From contig JAVKOQ020000052.1 in assembly GCA_031835245.2 (NCBI GenBank), forward strand, positions 1 to 64,000: a DNA stretch of 64,000 bases, written 5' to 3'. The position numbers were made by a program, and so were the translations under genes. The notes under the pieces are model-generated. The model was not told the origin of the DNA and made no database searches. It saw only the letters and a program-made list of their open reading frames with translations. This document shows, one piece after another, positions 38,010 through 55,100 of this stretch (position 1 is its first letter; each line of letters begins with the position of its first letter). This DNA comes from Balamuthia mandrillaris. Taxonomy: Eukaryota.

Positions 38010-39368
38010 CCTCTCGCTTGGCTACGTCTTTTTTTTAACAAAAAAAAAAAAAAAGACGTCTGCAAGACGCACGCAGTGTGGTCCCAAAAGAATGAAAGAT
38101 GAAAAGGAGGAAACCAGTGAGCAAAAAAAAAAGTAGGAACCAGACAACAAAACCAAAGAGAGGCAAAGAGAGAGAAAGGAAGAGACAGACAGAGGAAGAA
38201 AAGGAATAGAGAGATGGAACAGAGCGAGAAAGAGAGAAGAGAGTACGCACGTCAGGGGAGAAGTGCTAGAAAGAAAAGCACCTTATGGAGGAGGTTATTT
38301 CGAGAAAGTGCTGCTACATGGGCTGTGTGTCCCTCGCGGTTGAAAGGGAGATGAAACGGGATCGAGGACCGCGTTTTTGCAGAGGGGCGCGGTGCAACCC
38401 TCCATACAACCTGTCAAACGGGGGGAGTTGTAAGACCGAAAAAGCCCCGACACTAATTTCAGTGTTGCTGCTCGTTGTTGTTTCTTTTTGGTCTCCGCTG
38501 TGTTGGGTGCTATTCCTTGTTGGCGGTTTGTGCTGTCAGGTCGCTAAGGGGGGGGGCAGAGAGAGGTCCTCTCCGCGGCGGTTGTGTGTTGCACACAAAG
38601 CCTTTTACATCTTTTTTTTCCCCCTAAAAGTAAGAGGAAAAAGAAAAGGAGGCTCTACAACTGCGGTTCAATCCCCACCAGCTCTCTGCGTGTAGTGCGC
38701 TTCGCACAACTCCTGATCAGGAGGAGCGAAAATTCGGTGCGAATTCACCAGGGTTGCGCTTTGGTTCGAAAGGGCATGCGCTTGCTTGCGATATTTTCCT
38801 TTCTTCTCTCGCTTTTTTTTTGGTCGAGGAACGGCAGATCGACGCCACACAAACGTTGCTCCGTTTTTTGGTTTTACGTGGAATTTTTACGTCGACAGTA
38901 ATGAAAGCAAACACTCCGCGCTAAATTCCTTAAATTCCTCTCTTACAAGTTTTTCATTTTGTCGACTTTACCTTTTTTCGATTTCTAAAAACAAAACAAA
39001 AAAGTTAAAAAAAATGATTAAAGATGAGAAAGAAGGCAACGAGGAGACAACAAGGGCACCTCAGTTGACGGCTGGGCCGCCCCGACCACCACTCGTAATT
39101 CCTTGGGAAAAGGTAGCAGACATAGTATTTGCTGCGCTTGGCCCAGCAATCAAACGTGCTATTCGACGCAAGCCACAAAAGCTTCCTGTCACAGCAGCTG
39201 CTCATCTTCACCCCATTTTCCATTCTGCCTATTTTGGGACACTAAAAAGAAAAACAAATAAACGTTTACCAAACCAGATAAGGAAAGAGTCGACAAAATG
39301 AAAAAATTCCCACGTCAGCCCTGGTTGAACCAACCGTCCGTGACGTCATTTTCCCCAAAAAAGGACTG

Positions 39369-40688
39369 ATGACATCAGCGGCAGAAAACTCATTGCTCGG
39401 AGTGAGTCAAACCTGCATGGAGGAAGCACTACTGCCAACGGAACTGCTGCACATGGTGCTTGACCATCTTCCCAAAGACATGGTTGCCATCGCCGCAAGG
39501 ACCTGCAAGCGTTGGTTCTTTTGCTGTCCCGAAACACGGCGCTACAGATTTTCCGCAACGCGTGCCTGCAGTTCTCTGACGTTGCTTGAGTGGGCCTTGG
39601 CCAACGGCTACGCCTTGAACCAGTACACCTGCGCTCTGGCAGCCTGTCAGGGCCAGCTGGAGGTGGTTCAATGGGCTCATGAACAAAAGGGATGCCCTTT
39701 GACCCCTGACGTGTGCGCCGATGCTGCAAGAGGAGGCCATTTGGACGTACTACAGTGGGCGAGGGAGGCAAAGGGTTGCCCATGGGACGCGGATGTGTGT
39801 CGCCATGCCGCCACCAGCGGACACTTACATATTCTAAAGTGGGCCAGAGAGAGAGGATGCCCTTGGGGCGGCACTGTTTGCCACAACGCAGCCCTAAAAG
39901 GACACCTTGAGGTGTTGCAGTGGCTTCGTGAAAGTGGATGCCCTTGGGATGTGTCTACTTGTCGCGGAGCAGCAATCAGCGGCCATTTGGAAGTATTGAA
40001 GTGGGCTAGAGCCAACGGATGCCCTTGGGACCACACCATCTGTTACCAGGCTGCCTACAGGGGCCATTTGGAGGTGTTGAAGTGGGCCTATGCCAACGGA
40101 TGCCCTTGGGACCCAGCGGCATGTTCCACCGCAGCAGAAAATGGCCACTTGGAAATATTAAAATGGGCTCGCGAGAACCAGTTGCCTTGGAATGGGCTTC
40201 TTGTGTGCTCCAGAGCAGCCGGTAACGGTCATTTGGGAGTGCTTCGGTGGGCGAGGGAGAATGGCTGCCCTTGGGACGAGCGGACCTGCCAGCTGGCCGC
40301 CCGCTACGGGCGGTTTGAAGTTTTGAAGTGGGCACGAGAGCAGGGATGCCCTTGGGACAGCAAAACCTGCAGCGGTGCAGCCCTTGAAGGGCATCTGGAA
40401 GTACTTAAGTGGGCTAGAGAGCAAGGGTGTCCTTGGAACAGCGACACCTGCAGCTACGCTGTAATAAATGGCCATTTGGAAGTGCTTCAATGGGCGAGGG
40501 AGAATGGCTGCCCTTGGGACGAGCGGACCTGCAACAACGCAGCGATGAACGGCAACCTGCCAGTGCTGAAGTGGGCCAGAGAGAACGGCTGTCCTTGGAG
40601 TGAACAGACCTACACATGCGCCAACGAGTGGCCAAAAGTGCAACAATGGCTTCGCGAGCACGGTTGTCCCTCTCCCTTGGGAGGATGA
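39369..40688 (+). CDS. Intronless ankyrin-repeat protein (GHLEVLxWARxxGCPWD type) with F-box-like N-terminus
   Basis: About 14 ~25-aa repeats; LPTELLHMVLDHL..RTCKRW. Confidence 0.95.
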   Translation: MTSAAENSLLGVSQTCMEEALLPTELLHMVLDHLPKDMVAIAARTCKRWFFCCPETRRYRFSATRACSSLTLLEWALANGYALNQYTCALAACQGQLEVVQWAHEQKGCPLTPDVCADAARGGHLDVLQWAREAKGCPWDADVCRHAATSGHLHILKWARERGCPWGGTVCHNAALKGHLEVLQWLRESGCPWDVSTCRGAAISGHLEVLKWARANGCPWDHTICYQAAYRGHLEVLKWAYANGCPWDPAACSTAAENGHLEILKWARENQLPWNGLLVCSRAAGNGHLGVLRWARENGCPWDERTCQLAARYGRFEVLKWAREQGCPWDSKTCSGAALEGHLEVLKWAREQGCPWNSDTCSYAVINGHLEVLQWARENGCPWDERTCNNAAMNGNLPVLKWARENGCPWSEQTYTCANEWPKVQQWLREHGCPSPLGG

Positions 40689-41267
40689 GGAAAGAGGGAG
40701 AAAAGAACAAGAGTACTCTGCCTCAACAAAGCGGAGAAACAAAACCGGGGGCACGAAAATGGGAACGAAAAAGAAAGAGGAAAGAGAGTTTTCTGCTTCC
40801 ACGAGGGAGGAAAAAAAACGTTCTGCTGCAACAGAAAACTCTTTCGGTCAACGGAAAAAAAAAAAGAGGTAATGAGGATAAACCTGCAACACAGGCATGG
40901 CACACACGTGAAGCGCTTTAAAAAAAACCTCCGAAAGCAATTACATGAATCAAGCTGAGCTTTTTAATAACGGCATCACCTTAAAAGGAGGACTTGAAAA
41001 GTGGCCCTCCGTCGTTGCAACTCGCTCGAAAGTGGCCCTCCGCAACGTGCCTCACCGCAAAGGAAAAGTAGCAACACTGCATACCTGAACTACCGCCGAC
41101 CCCTCCAAAGCAGTAGCAGCAGATAAACAAACCACGGTCCGTGAGCGGAGGGAGGAGGAGGAGGTCGGCGGAGCGTCTGCTACTTTCTATTTTTTTTTTT
41201 TTTTTTTTTTGCTACGTTTTCAGGTCGTTTTTAAAGAAAAAGAGGAACAAACAACGGCAGCGCAGCC

Positions 41268-44200
41268 ATGGTGACTCGTGCAAACGTTTGCCCGTCGTCT
41301 TGGCTCAATGGCTTGTTGGGGGAGCTCAGCCGCCACCTCGCCGGCATCAAGGGCTACGTCTTTGTCGTGGTGCTTGCCAATGCGGCCTTGCAGAACGTGG
41401 CCATGCTCCCCTTCATCAAGAAGATCATCTTTCGGTACTACGCCGCCAACCAGCCCGCCAACCCTTTCCTCCTGGCCCACTACGGCGACTTTCAAATGCA
41501 CCACGTGGCCTTTGTGCTCTACACTTTGCTTCACACCCTCTCCACCGCTTTGCTACTCTTTTTCTTGGTCACAGTGTCGGTCTACCTGTTGGACTGGCTG
41601 TTACGGTATTGCTTCTCTGTTTCTGCTTCCTCCTCTTCTTTAACAACATTGGCTTCCAGCAAACGACGACGCCCTCGTACAAAGAAAGCGAGTTCCCTCT
41701 CGACCCCTCCTTCAACTTCTATTTCCTCGTCTTCCTCGTCTTCTTCCGATGACGAAGAAGCAGAAACTTCCCTTCGAACAATTGCAGTAACGGATACAAA
41801 GCTTGTCAAGCGCTCCGGCCGCTTTGGGGATAACACCACGACCACCACTACGCTCCCTTCATCTTTTTCATCCCCAGAAGGAGAAGGTTTTGCTTGTACG
41901 ACTTCTCCTCCTCTGACACCTTCCTCCTCTTCCCCATGCGACCAACCCCCGCCAGAGCTTCCGCAGACCGCTCATCTTCTCCAGGCTGTCCTTCGCTTGT
42001 TCACCGTCACAGAGAGTAACAGGAGAAACCTTCTCATATCGCTGATAGCAACAGCCATCTCGGAAATGATCCTCTTAGCACTTTACATGGTGGAGGTCAA
42101 CATGTTGGCTGATATGTCGGTTCACGTGGTGGATATAGATATGGTTGACGCCTCCGGTCTCTCTAACGTGCTGACCCGTAGAAAGCAGCTTGGATTTGGG
42201 ATAGATACCAGCCATAATCGCGATATTTTCCTGCTCGTGGTGGCCACACTGCTTTCCCAGGTCTTCATTGCATTGCTATCCCTCTACCTTTGCAAGAGAA
42301 TCAGTCCGAAGGGTCGGGCAGTTGCGTTGGTGGTTGTGGCCTCTGCTCTGTTGTTTCTTTTGGTGGCTGTGCCTTCATCTGGCTATCTGCTGCAGGAAAA
42401 GGTCATTCCCTACGAAAACCATCTTCCATGGAACTTTTGGCATGCCGGTAAGAGACATATTCCTGTTGCACCTGATCTTGCTGCGTATCCTGCCTTTTCT
42501 TTGGAAGGTATGCTCCGCGCTTGTCTTTTCAGATGCATTGTTCGAAGAACGGGAAGATTTTTTCTTTGCTTTATGCTTTGCTGATTCTTGTTTGGTTTGT
42601 AAAACCCACCACAGTGCCTGACGATCCCGAAATGTTGTCTCGCTGGATCCCTCACCTCTCCCACAAGCCTAACGTCATTATTGTTGGCCATGAATCCCTG
42701 CGCATGGACTACGCTGGCACCTTCCACTCCCCAGCGACCAACCAATGGCTACAGGATCATCAACATCTTTGCTTCTCCTCTACTCGACACCTCTCCACCG
42801 GACATGTCTCTGAGACCGGTCAGTTTGGCTACCTCTACGCCCTTTATCCTCATCACTACCATCAGTTCAACGCTGCAAGGATGGCTTCATTTCCGATAAA
42901 GGTCCTCAGAGAGAACGGCTACCTCTCGGAGGGCATGACTGCTACTGCTATGTGGCCCTACCCCAACAAGAATGTCTATCGCAACTTTGACAACTTTAAC
43001 AGTTTCGAGTGGAACGATGCGCTCTTTGCCTACGTTCGTCAGTTCTTGGAGGAGAACCATTATCATCCCCGCCAAAGCAAAACAGAAACTGGAACAAAAG
43101 ATGCTAAGGAGAGGCCACCCCTGTTCTTTTCGGTGCTTCTGCACAGAAATTCCCATGAGATAGGAGTGAAGGAGCTGCATGACCGCAACTTAATGCGAGA
43201 CAAAGACAGGGTAAAGTTCCTCCAAATGTTGGAAGATTATGGCGTGTTGGATGATGCTGTTCTCATAATCACTGGTGATCATGGTATGTTCTTTTTTTTT
43301 CTTGAAACTTCTCCTTCTTCTTTCGTAGTTTCTTGTTCTATCAAAACAAGAATGAAGCTAACAATCCTTAAACCACAAAAAATAGGGGACATGCATGGTG
43401 AGCACGGAGAAGTAGGGCACGGCCAACCGGAGAGCAGTTGGTGGAATGAGAAGATCTTGGTCCCTCTCCACGTTTGCCATTTCAATCCCAAGTCCTCCGT
43501 AGCAACAAGCCAACAACTGTTGTTCGATCATCGGAGGCCCCCACCGACTCTCAGCATGACCAGCCATATTGACATCTTTCCAACCATTTTCGACATACTT
43601 GGCGTACGTTGCTTCTCGTTTGGTGTAGTTTTTTTTCATGTCATGTTGTTGTGGTTGTTGTTTGTTGATGACGCTGAACTCTGTCGCCAACTCAAAAAAA
43701 ACACAGTTGGGAGAAAAGTTACCTCCAGACACTTATTCAGACGGGAAGTCATTGTTGCTGCCAAAAGACCCCAACAACAAACAACATCACCACAGCAACA
43801 ACAATGTGGAAGAGGAGAGACCTCTGTTCCTGACCGCACGTTACTTTCCGGAGAAGAACAAGATCAATGCCGTCGTCGACCAACACTTGAAGTGGTGGTT
43901 CCGGTACGTTTAATTCAGTTAAAAGCAACACAAAACAAACACAAAAAAACAATTGTTCATTTCTTTGAATGTTCGCAGGGTTGCTTCAATCAACATGCAA
44001 ACCGCTGAGATGAAGTTCGAGCTGGAGTACGTGACGAACTGGCGCGATGAAGAGCAGTGTCACTTGGACGAGCTTCGCCGTCAGTTCAAGGCGCTCTTGC
44101 AACGAGTGAATAAACAAGCGGGCGCTGGCTCAACCGACCTGGGGGAAAAGATGGAGGCTTTGAGAGAGTTGGAGCGTCAGGACCGTAGAGAGGGGAAGCT

Positions 44201-44300
44201 GAAGGATGCGGAGCGGTGTGGCACGTTCAAGCTGCTTCACTATTTGCTGCAGTACAACCGACAGTTTTGGCATTTCCTTCTGTTGGACAGCGATGACTAA
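41268..44300 (+). CDS. Multi-TM protein with a C-terminal alkaline phosphatase/sulfatase-fold domain (YejM/LtaS-like layout), multi-exon
   Basis: PNVIIVGHESLRMD, IITGDHG, HGEVGHG, SHIDIFPTIFDILG. Confidence 0.8.
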
Positions 44301-44505
44301 GCTTTCATTCTCTCCTCTTATTGTTCTTATTTTCTGCATTTCTTACTTTTTTCTTACTTTTTTCTCGATAATGAACGATATTTATTGATGTATGTATAAT
44401 TTTTTGGATTGTTTATGAACTATCAAAAATTTTAAAATATCGGATAACACTCAAGATTATTCAATATTTTGTCGAAAATAAAAATAAAAGAAAGAAAGAA
44501 AAAGA

Positions 44506-47307
44506 ATGAAGAAAGAAATTCTGGCCACAACGATGTGTGGTTCTCGGTTCCTTGGCAGCGGTCCACGTTCGGCCTCCGTTTTGCTGCCCTCTTGCTGCTT
44601 ACGACGGACGTTTTCAACCTTTCGCTTCTCCTCTTCTTCTCTGAACTTGCTTGCTCCTCGAGCGAGATCGTTTCGTCTGCTATCGAGTTGCTTTCAACTT
44701 CGATGCAACAACAAAAGTGCTGCTTTGATGTCGTCCCCATCGCTGTTCTGGCAAAAGCGGATTTACTCGGAAGTCGGTGGCATTCTCGGTAGCAGCGCAG
44801 ACACCATCTTTGCTTTATCCTCTGGTCGAGGCAAAGGTTTCGTCTTCTTGTTCTTCTTGTTCTTCTTCTTGTTCCTCTTCTTCTTGTTCTTCTTGTTCTT
44901 CTTCTTCTTCTTCTTCTTTCTCGTCGTTTCTTTCTTTCATTCATTCTCTCTTTTCTCACTCAATGAACGGCAGCGGGGGTGGCGGTTGTTCGGCTGTCGG
45001 GATGCGAAGCAAAAGCTACTTTGTCGCAACTGACGAGTCCTCCTGCACACCTGTCCCAAGAGGAAGAAGGAGAACGTTCCAAATGCACTCTTCCACCTCC
45101 CAGAAAAGCTGTTCTTCGAAGGTTTTTCCATCCAACGGTTCGTTTCTCTCGTTCTTTTGTTGTTTTCGTTTCTCTTTCTTCTTCCTTCTTCTTTCCTCCT
45201 TCTTCCCACTTTCTTCCTTCTTATACACCAACTGACAGAAACACAAATACCATAGAAAGGAGAGCTGTTGGATGAAGGATTGGTGTTATGGTTTCCTGGG
45301 CCGCACTCGTACACAGGAGAGGACATGGTAGAATTGCATCTGCACGGAAGCATCGCAGTAGTAAACGATACGCTTTCTGCGCTCTCGTCGATAGGCCTGA
45401 GGAGCGCTGCTCCTGGAGTAATTATTCCGTTTGCTCTTCAGTTTGTCTCTTGGTTTGTTGGAATTAACCTCTGCTTTGTTCAATGTGCGAAAGGAGTTTA
45501 CAAGGCGAGCCTTTCAAGTAAGTAACGTCGTTGGGTTTCTTACTCTTCTTGTTCTTCCGTTAACAACGATGGGTACTGTAACCTAGAACGGCAAGAAAGA
45601 CTTGACAGAAGTGGAAGGCATTGCAGATCTTGTAGAGGCAGAGACAGAGGCTCAACGCAGACAGGCATTGCGCCAAATGGGAGTATGCATTTGCTTCTAT
45701 GATTCTACCTTTCTCCCTGGCTCTCTTGGAATGTTAGACTGATAGTATACTTTATTCTCTCCTGTAATATATCAAAAGGGAGCACTAAGCAAGCTATGCC
45801 AAGAATGGCGCCATGAACTTCTCTCTTCGTTGGCCTACGTTGAAGCCGTTATAGGTATTCCTTCTTGCTTCTACATCCGTTTCTTCTTCAATTCCTCTCT
45901 TAACGTTACAAACATAGACTTTGGTGAGGATGAAGACCTAGATAGCGATTTGGATGATGGCGATATAGATGCAGCAAACGCCCGGCAAGAACGTTCCTCT
46001 GGTGTTTTGGATTCTGTAGCTGAAAGGCTTGCTGCTTTGCGTTCCGCTATTGCTTCTCATCTCAACGACCAACGGCGGGGAGAGAGAATGCGCCACGGGC
46101 TCAGCCTTGCTATTGTGGGTCCTCCAAATGCTGGCAAAAGCAGTCTTCTTAACATTCTTGGTTCTCTTTCCGTCTTCTTTCATTCTTTCTTGTTATTTCT
46201 TCCTTTACTTCTTCTTACGTTGTAAATTCTCTTCATTGCGAATAGCTCAACGGCAAGCTGCTATTGTAAGCCCTATTCCTGGCACCACTCGTGATATCAT
46301 AGAAACTCGTTCGTCTCCTTTAAACTCTCTGTCCTCAATTTCATCTTCATTTTGCATAAGTGGTTCCTTCAACTAATGTCTAATAAGCAAAGAATTGGAC
46401 TTGGGCGGCTATCCGGTATGCATCAGCGATACGGCAGGATTACGGGTCTCTTCTGATCTCATTGAACAGGAAGGGGTTAAGTTAGCCAAAGAACGGTATC
46501 CTCCTCCTCCTCCTCCTCCTCCTCCTCCTCCTCCTTCTCCCTGCAAATGACAATTACACTAAACGGTACAAACCAAAAAGCTTCTTATCATCTGACTTAA
46601 AGATTTGCATGTTCGATGTCGCCTCTTTGGCGGGGAACAATCCTCCCGAAGACATTCCAATCATTCGAGAGCTGCTCACCGGCAATCCCTCCGCCCAAGA
46701 AAGCGCCAGCGAGGACAGTCGCATGGTGATAGTTCTCAACAAAGCAGACTTGCTGCCGCCTGAACGAATGAAGGAACTGAGCAACGGAGCTAACAACAGC
46801 CTGTTAAGTCCGTTCTTGCACAACAAGGGGATCAAAGCCACAAGAGAAATATTGTTCGTTAGCTGCAAGACTGGATGGCAGGTCGACCAGCTTTTACAGC
46901 ACCTTCAGCAAACCGTAAAGCAATTGTGAGTTTTTTTTTTTTTTCGTCTTTCTTCTTTCTTCTTTCTTCTTCTTTCTTTCTAACTTGTTTTGAAACTGTG
47001 CAGCTTTGAAGGAAATAACAACATAGAAGCAGGAGGAGGCTCCGCGGTGGTCACCAGAAGCAGGCACAGAGAATACTTATCCAAATGTGTGGCTCACCTC
47101 GACACCGCTCTTTCCTATGACGATGACAACAACAGCAACAACAACAATGAAATAAGAAGAAAACGGCCGTTCTTAAAAGCATCGCAACTGGAAGTGGCGG
47201 CAGAGGAAGTGAGACAGGCCGTTCGTTGCTTGGCACAGCTGACTGGATCAGTAGACGTGGAGCAAGTGCTGGATGTTGTATTTAAGGACTTTTGTATCGG
47301 CAAATAA
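44506..47307 (+). CDS. mnmE: Mitochondrial tRNA modification GTPase MnmE/MSS1/GTPBP3, multi-exon
   Basis: [43 protein letters not shown], terminal FCIGK. Confidence 0.97.
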
Positions 47308-47373
47308 ATGAAGATAGTGGTTGCCTATTCAAACCTCATTTTTTTTTCATTCTGCAAAGATGCTCCTGATAAC

Positions 47374-47611
47374 TTATTTGTTGGTTGAGGAAGAGGAAGA
47401 AGAGGAAGAAGAGGAAGAAGGAGGCACTCCGAAGAAAAAGCCTTGTGTGGAGGAAGCCCCTGAAGATGAAGAGGAAGCAGAAGAAGAGGAAGTGGAAGTG
47501 GAAGGTGTGCCAAAGAAGAATCCTGTTTTTTTTAAGGCGTAAGCATTAGTATTGACAATAAATAACTAAAGGCGGAGCTGAGTGCACAGAGCAGAAGAGA
47601 TAAAGGGAGAC

Positions 47612-47643
<32 letters not shown>

Positions 47644-49150
47644 TACCAGTAGATGGTGTTGAGGAAGTGGAGGGAGTAGTAGCGCTTCCAAAGGCAGGCA
47701 TGGAGAGAGAGAAGCTCGTCGCTGGTTTGGGAGCGTTCTCGGCGGTTCCCCGCAACTTGTCTGCAGCTTGCTTCGGATCCATTGCAGGTGATTTGGTGAC
47801 AACAGAGACAGGTTTGGAGGGTTTTGGCACAAGACAAACCGAGCAAGTGTTTGAAGTGGGAGGATTCTTCTCCGTACAGCAAGCGCAAGTCCATGGCTCA
47901 GAAGAAGAAGAAGAAGAAGAAGAAGAAGAAGAAGAAAAGGAATTGTTTTGTATGAGTTGTGGTCGAGGAACGAGGCAGACGGAGCAAGTGGGATTGGTGG
48001 AGGGATTGACTTCGGCACAGCAGGCGCAGGACCAGCTCTCTCCTTTGCCAGTGGCATCCACAACTACGGCAGGTGTGCCCGTTGGGGTTGAGGCAGAAGC
48101 GGCTGCAGCGAATGAGGGGTCTTTCTTCTTGTTGTCATCACCATTCCCTTGCTCTTCTTCCTCTTCCTCCTCCTCTTCGTCCTCATCGGGGGCATCAGCC
48201 GTGGCCATGTGGGTAGTGACAATGGTTTTGTCCTTGCCGTCTTCCGTTTTCACAGTTTCGTAGGTGGTGGCCGATGCCGAGGCTGTAGGTTTGGGTTCGG
48301 CGGTAGCTTTTGCCGTTAATACGGCAGCTACTGGGACTGGAGAAGTGCCGTTGCTGTTTGAGGAGCTGGAGAGAGTAGGAGAAGTGGGGCCGTTGGTTGG
48401 GCTGTCGCCATTGTGGCTAAAGACGATCTTGGCGGTGGCAGTGGCCGTTGGTACTGGTGTCTGGGAGGCAGAGGCTGCTGCAGAGACATCTGGGCTGGGG
48501 AATTTGAAGGCGGCGGCAAACGGAGAGGGCGCAGTTTCCTGAGACGAGAAATGACAAGGCTAGGTTTAGCAAGAAGAAGAAGCAGTACGAGAACGTGAAC
48601 AAGAACGAGAACAAGAGAAGAAGAAGAAGAAGAACAAAAGAATAGGGAGTAATACGGTAGGTTGGGCCTCCCTACGACGAACTCGCACAAATCTGCGCAG
48701 AAGCAAAGGGCAAAAAAAAACAAGCACGATAGCGTAATGAAATAGAACAATCAGTGATCACGTTCGTTTTTGTGCCTGAAAAAGAAGAAACAAAGCAAAA
48801 GGCAAACCTTCTTTTTGCCAATTCGTCCGATGAAGCCACTTGTATGCCAGTTCCTTCAATCTATTGGAACAGTTTGCAAGGTTAGTGCTTTTGTAAAAAC
48901 GGACATACACAAACGTAGAACGCCAAAAGAGAGAGGGAAGAAGCAAAGCATAGATGCTTACCACTGGATCATCCATAGGATGCCCAGAGCTACGCGCGGC
49001 CCTCCTCTCTTCTTCCTCCTGCTCCGCCTCCACCTCCTCCCTCCTCATCTGTTTTTCGGCCCTTCTCTTCTTGTTCCCTGTCGTTCCCTGCTCCTGGTCC
49101 TCCTGCTGCTGCTCCTCCTCTTCATTTCTGCGAGGGTTAGGGTCTTGCAT
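47374..49150 (-). CDS. Nup50/Nup2-like nucleoporin with two RanBP2-type zinc fingers, multi-exon
   Basis: KKRRAEKQMRRE...ASSDELAKRR; WSCACC..N....TCSVCLVPRP twice; FG motifs (PAFG, FFFG). Confidence 0.7.
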
Positions 49151-49427
49151 ATCGTTTTGTCTGTACGGAAACCGTGTGAGGTGAGGGGCTTTTTTTTTCA
49201 ACCTGCTTTTTTGACTTAGTGGTGAGGGAGGAGGCAAAAAAAAAAGTGAGGATCTCTCTGCCCCAAGCGTGGCACCCGTTTTGGCGGGTCTCGCTCAATC
49301 TGCGCACACTAATTTTTGTTTTGGAGCGACGATCTGATCAAATTTAGGTTTTTTTTCCCCCTTTGCTCATAGATTTCGTCTCACAGGTTATGCATTCGGA
49401 AGATCTTGGCCGATAGCTTGCCATCAA

Positions 49428-49509
49428 GACACTGTGACCGAGTGGTTAAGGTGTTTGACTCGAAATCAAATGGGCTCTGCCCGCGCAGGTTCGAATCCTG
49501 CCAGTGTCG
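49428..49509 (+). tRNA. tRNA-Ser(CGA)
   Basis: Acceptor gacactg/cagtgtc; anticodon arm ttga-ctCGAaa-tcaa; long variable arm; ggttcgaatcc T-loop; downstream T-run. Confidence 0.97.
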
Positions 49510-49697
49510 ATATCTTTTAACACTTAAAAGATCTTGTCCCATAATTATAAAATCGCGTTACAAATATTCACCAAATTTCTTCCAGTTTCACGAAAGCGAA
49601 ATCTTAAAATTGACGACAACCGCATTGCTTTATTTTTTTTCCTTTCTTTTCTTTTTTTCGAGTTCGCCAACCTGCAGCACACACAAACCTCCCCACA

Positions 49698-50382
49698 ATG
49701 TCTACCTCCACGCACGCCAGCACTGTGATCGCAAAGCCCATCGACCAGATTTGGGAGATCCTCAGGAGCTTCACCTCCGCCTCCCTCATCTCCACCATCG
49801 AGTCTGTCGATATGGAGGAGGGCAAGGCCCCCACTGAGGTTGGCGCTCACAGGACCCTCAAGGTACTAATCTTTTTTTTTTCTGTATGCGATGATGGTCT
49901 TTTTTTCATCTTCATTCCTTTATCTTTTGTTTTTTTGCTACTTGATTTTGAGATGATGGTCTTTGTTTTTTTTTTCTTGTTAAACTCAAGAGATAAACTG
50001 AACTCATCAATTTTTCTTTAAAATCCAACTTCAACCAGTGGAAGACCGGTGAGGTCGTCACGCAGAGACTCTTGGAGTTGTCCGACATCAAGAGGAGGGT
50101 TGTTTGGGAGAACGTCTCCTCTGAGCCCGTGGCTGAGGTCACTGCCACCATCACCACCCTGCAAGCCCACAGAATCACTGACGGCAATGCTACCCTGCTT
50201 ACCTGGTTCGTATTTTTTTTTCCCTCTCGATTCAATCCAGAGAAAACTTACACGCTTATTTTAAAAAAAATAATAGGACTGCTGAGTACAGCGCTGATGC
50301 CAAGGGAGACTTCATTGCCTTCAACACCAAGGCCCTTCAGCAGAACTTGGCTGAGTTGAAGAACGCTCTTGAGCAGCAGTAA
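49698..50382 (+). CDS. SRPBCC / polyketide-cyclase-like (Bet v 1 fold) protein, 3 exons
   Basis: STVIAKPIDQIWEILRSF..EVGAHRTLK..QRLLELSD..ITDGNATLLTW. Confidence 0.88.
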
Positions 50383-50446
50383 ATCCATTGATTCTGTAGC
50401 CCATCAAAAAAAAAGAAGTTGAAAAATCATGAGATCAAAAGTTCAA

Positions 50447-54480
<4,034 letters not shown>

Positions 54481-55100
54481 TCCAATCAAACAAACAAAAA
54501 CAATAAATAAAAAAAAATAATAAGAGTACGCGGCTTCGAGTCTTATCCTCCGCTTTGTTTTTTTTTTCGTTGATTTTATGCTCCCATTCGTTTTTTGGTA
54601 ATGATGTTCTTTTTAGGGTTTTTGTCGACACGTTTCCAGGGAAACATCGGGCACCCTCGATTTTGTGATCGCTTTCCCCTGGTATTTGGAGGTGACCACA
54701 AGTCTGTCCATCGCGGCCCCGCTGCCTTCCGAAGACATTTCTGCACGCGGACCTTGCCTCCGTGGAGTATAGCGTCGCTGCCGTTCATTAACGAAACCCC
54801 CCAAAAGGAAGGAAAATCAAAAAAAATGCAACCACAATAGCTGCGCCGACTTGCCCGTTCCCCCCTTCTCCGCTTTTTTATCTTTCACTTCTTTCTATTC
54901 CTTTTTATTTATTAGACCGCGCGCCGCCTTTCCCCTTACCACACACCGTTTCCGTGCGCACAAACAAACAAACAAACAAACAAAAAAAGGGTAGCACACG
55001 CCAGCGCGCAGGAAGTAAGGCACACACCTACACAAGCAGAAACAAAAAAAAGTAGCAGCAGCGAGGGAGAAGGAGAGCCAAGCGTGTGTGTGTTTTTTTA

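Noticed and set aside
49406..49837. 143-aa ORF overlapping the tRNA
   Set aside because: The interval is explained by tRNA-Ser and the SRPBCC first exon in another frame.
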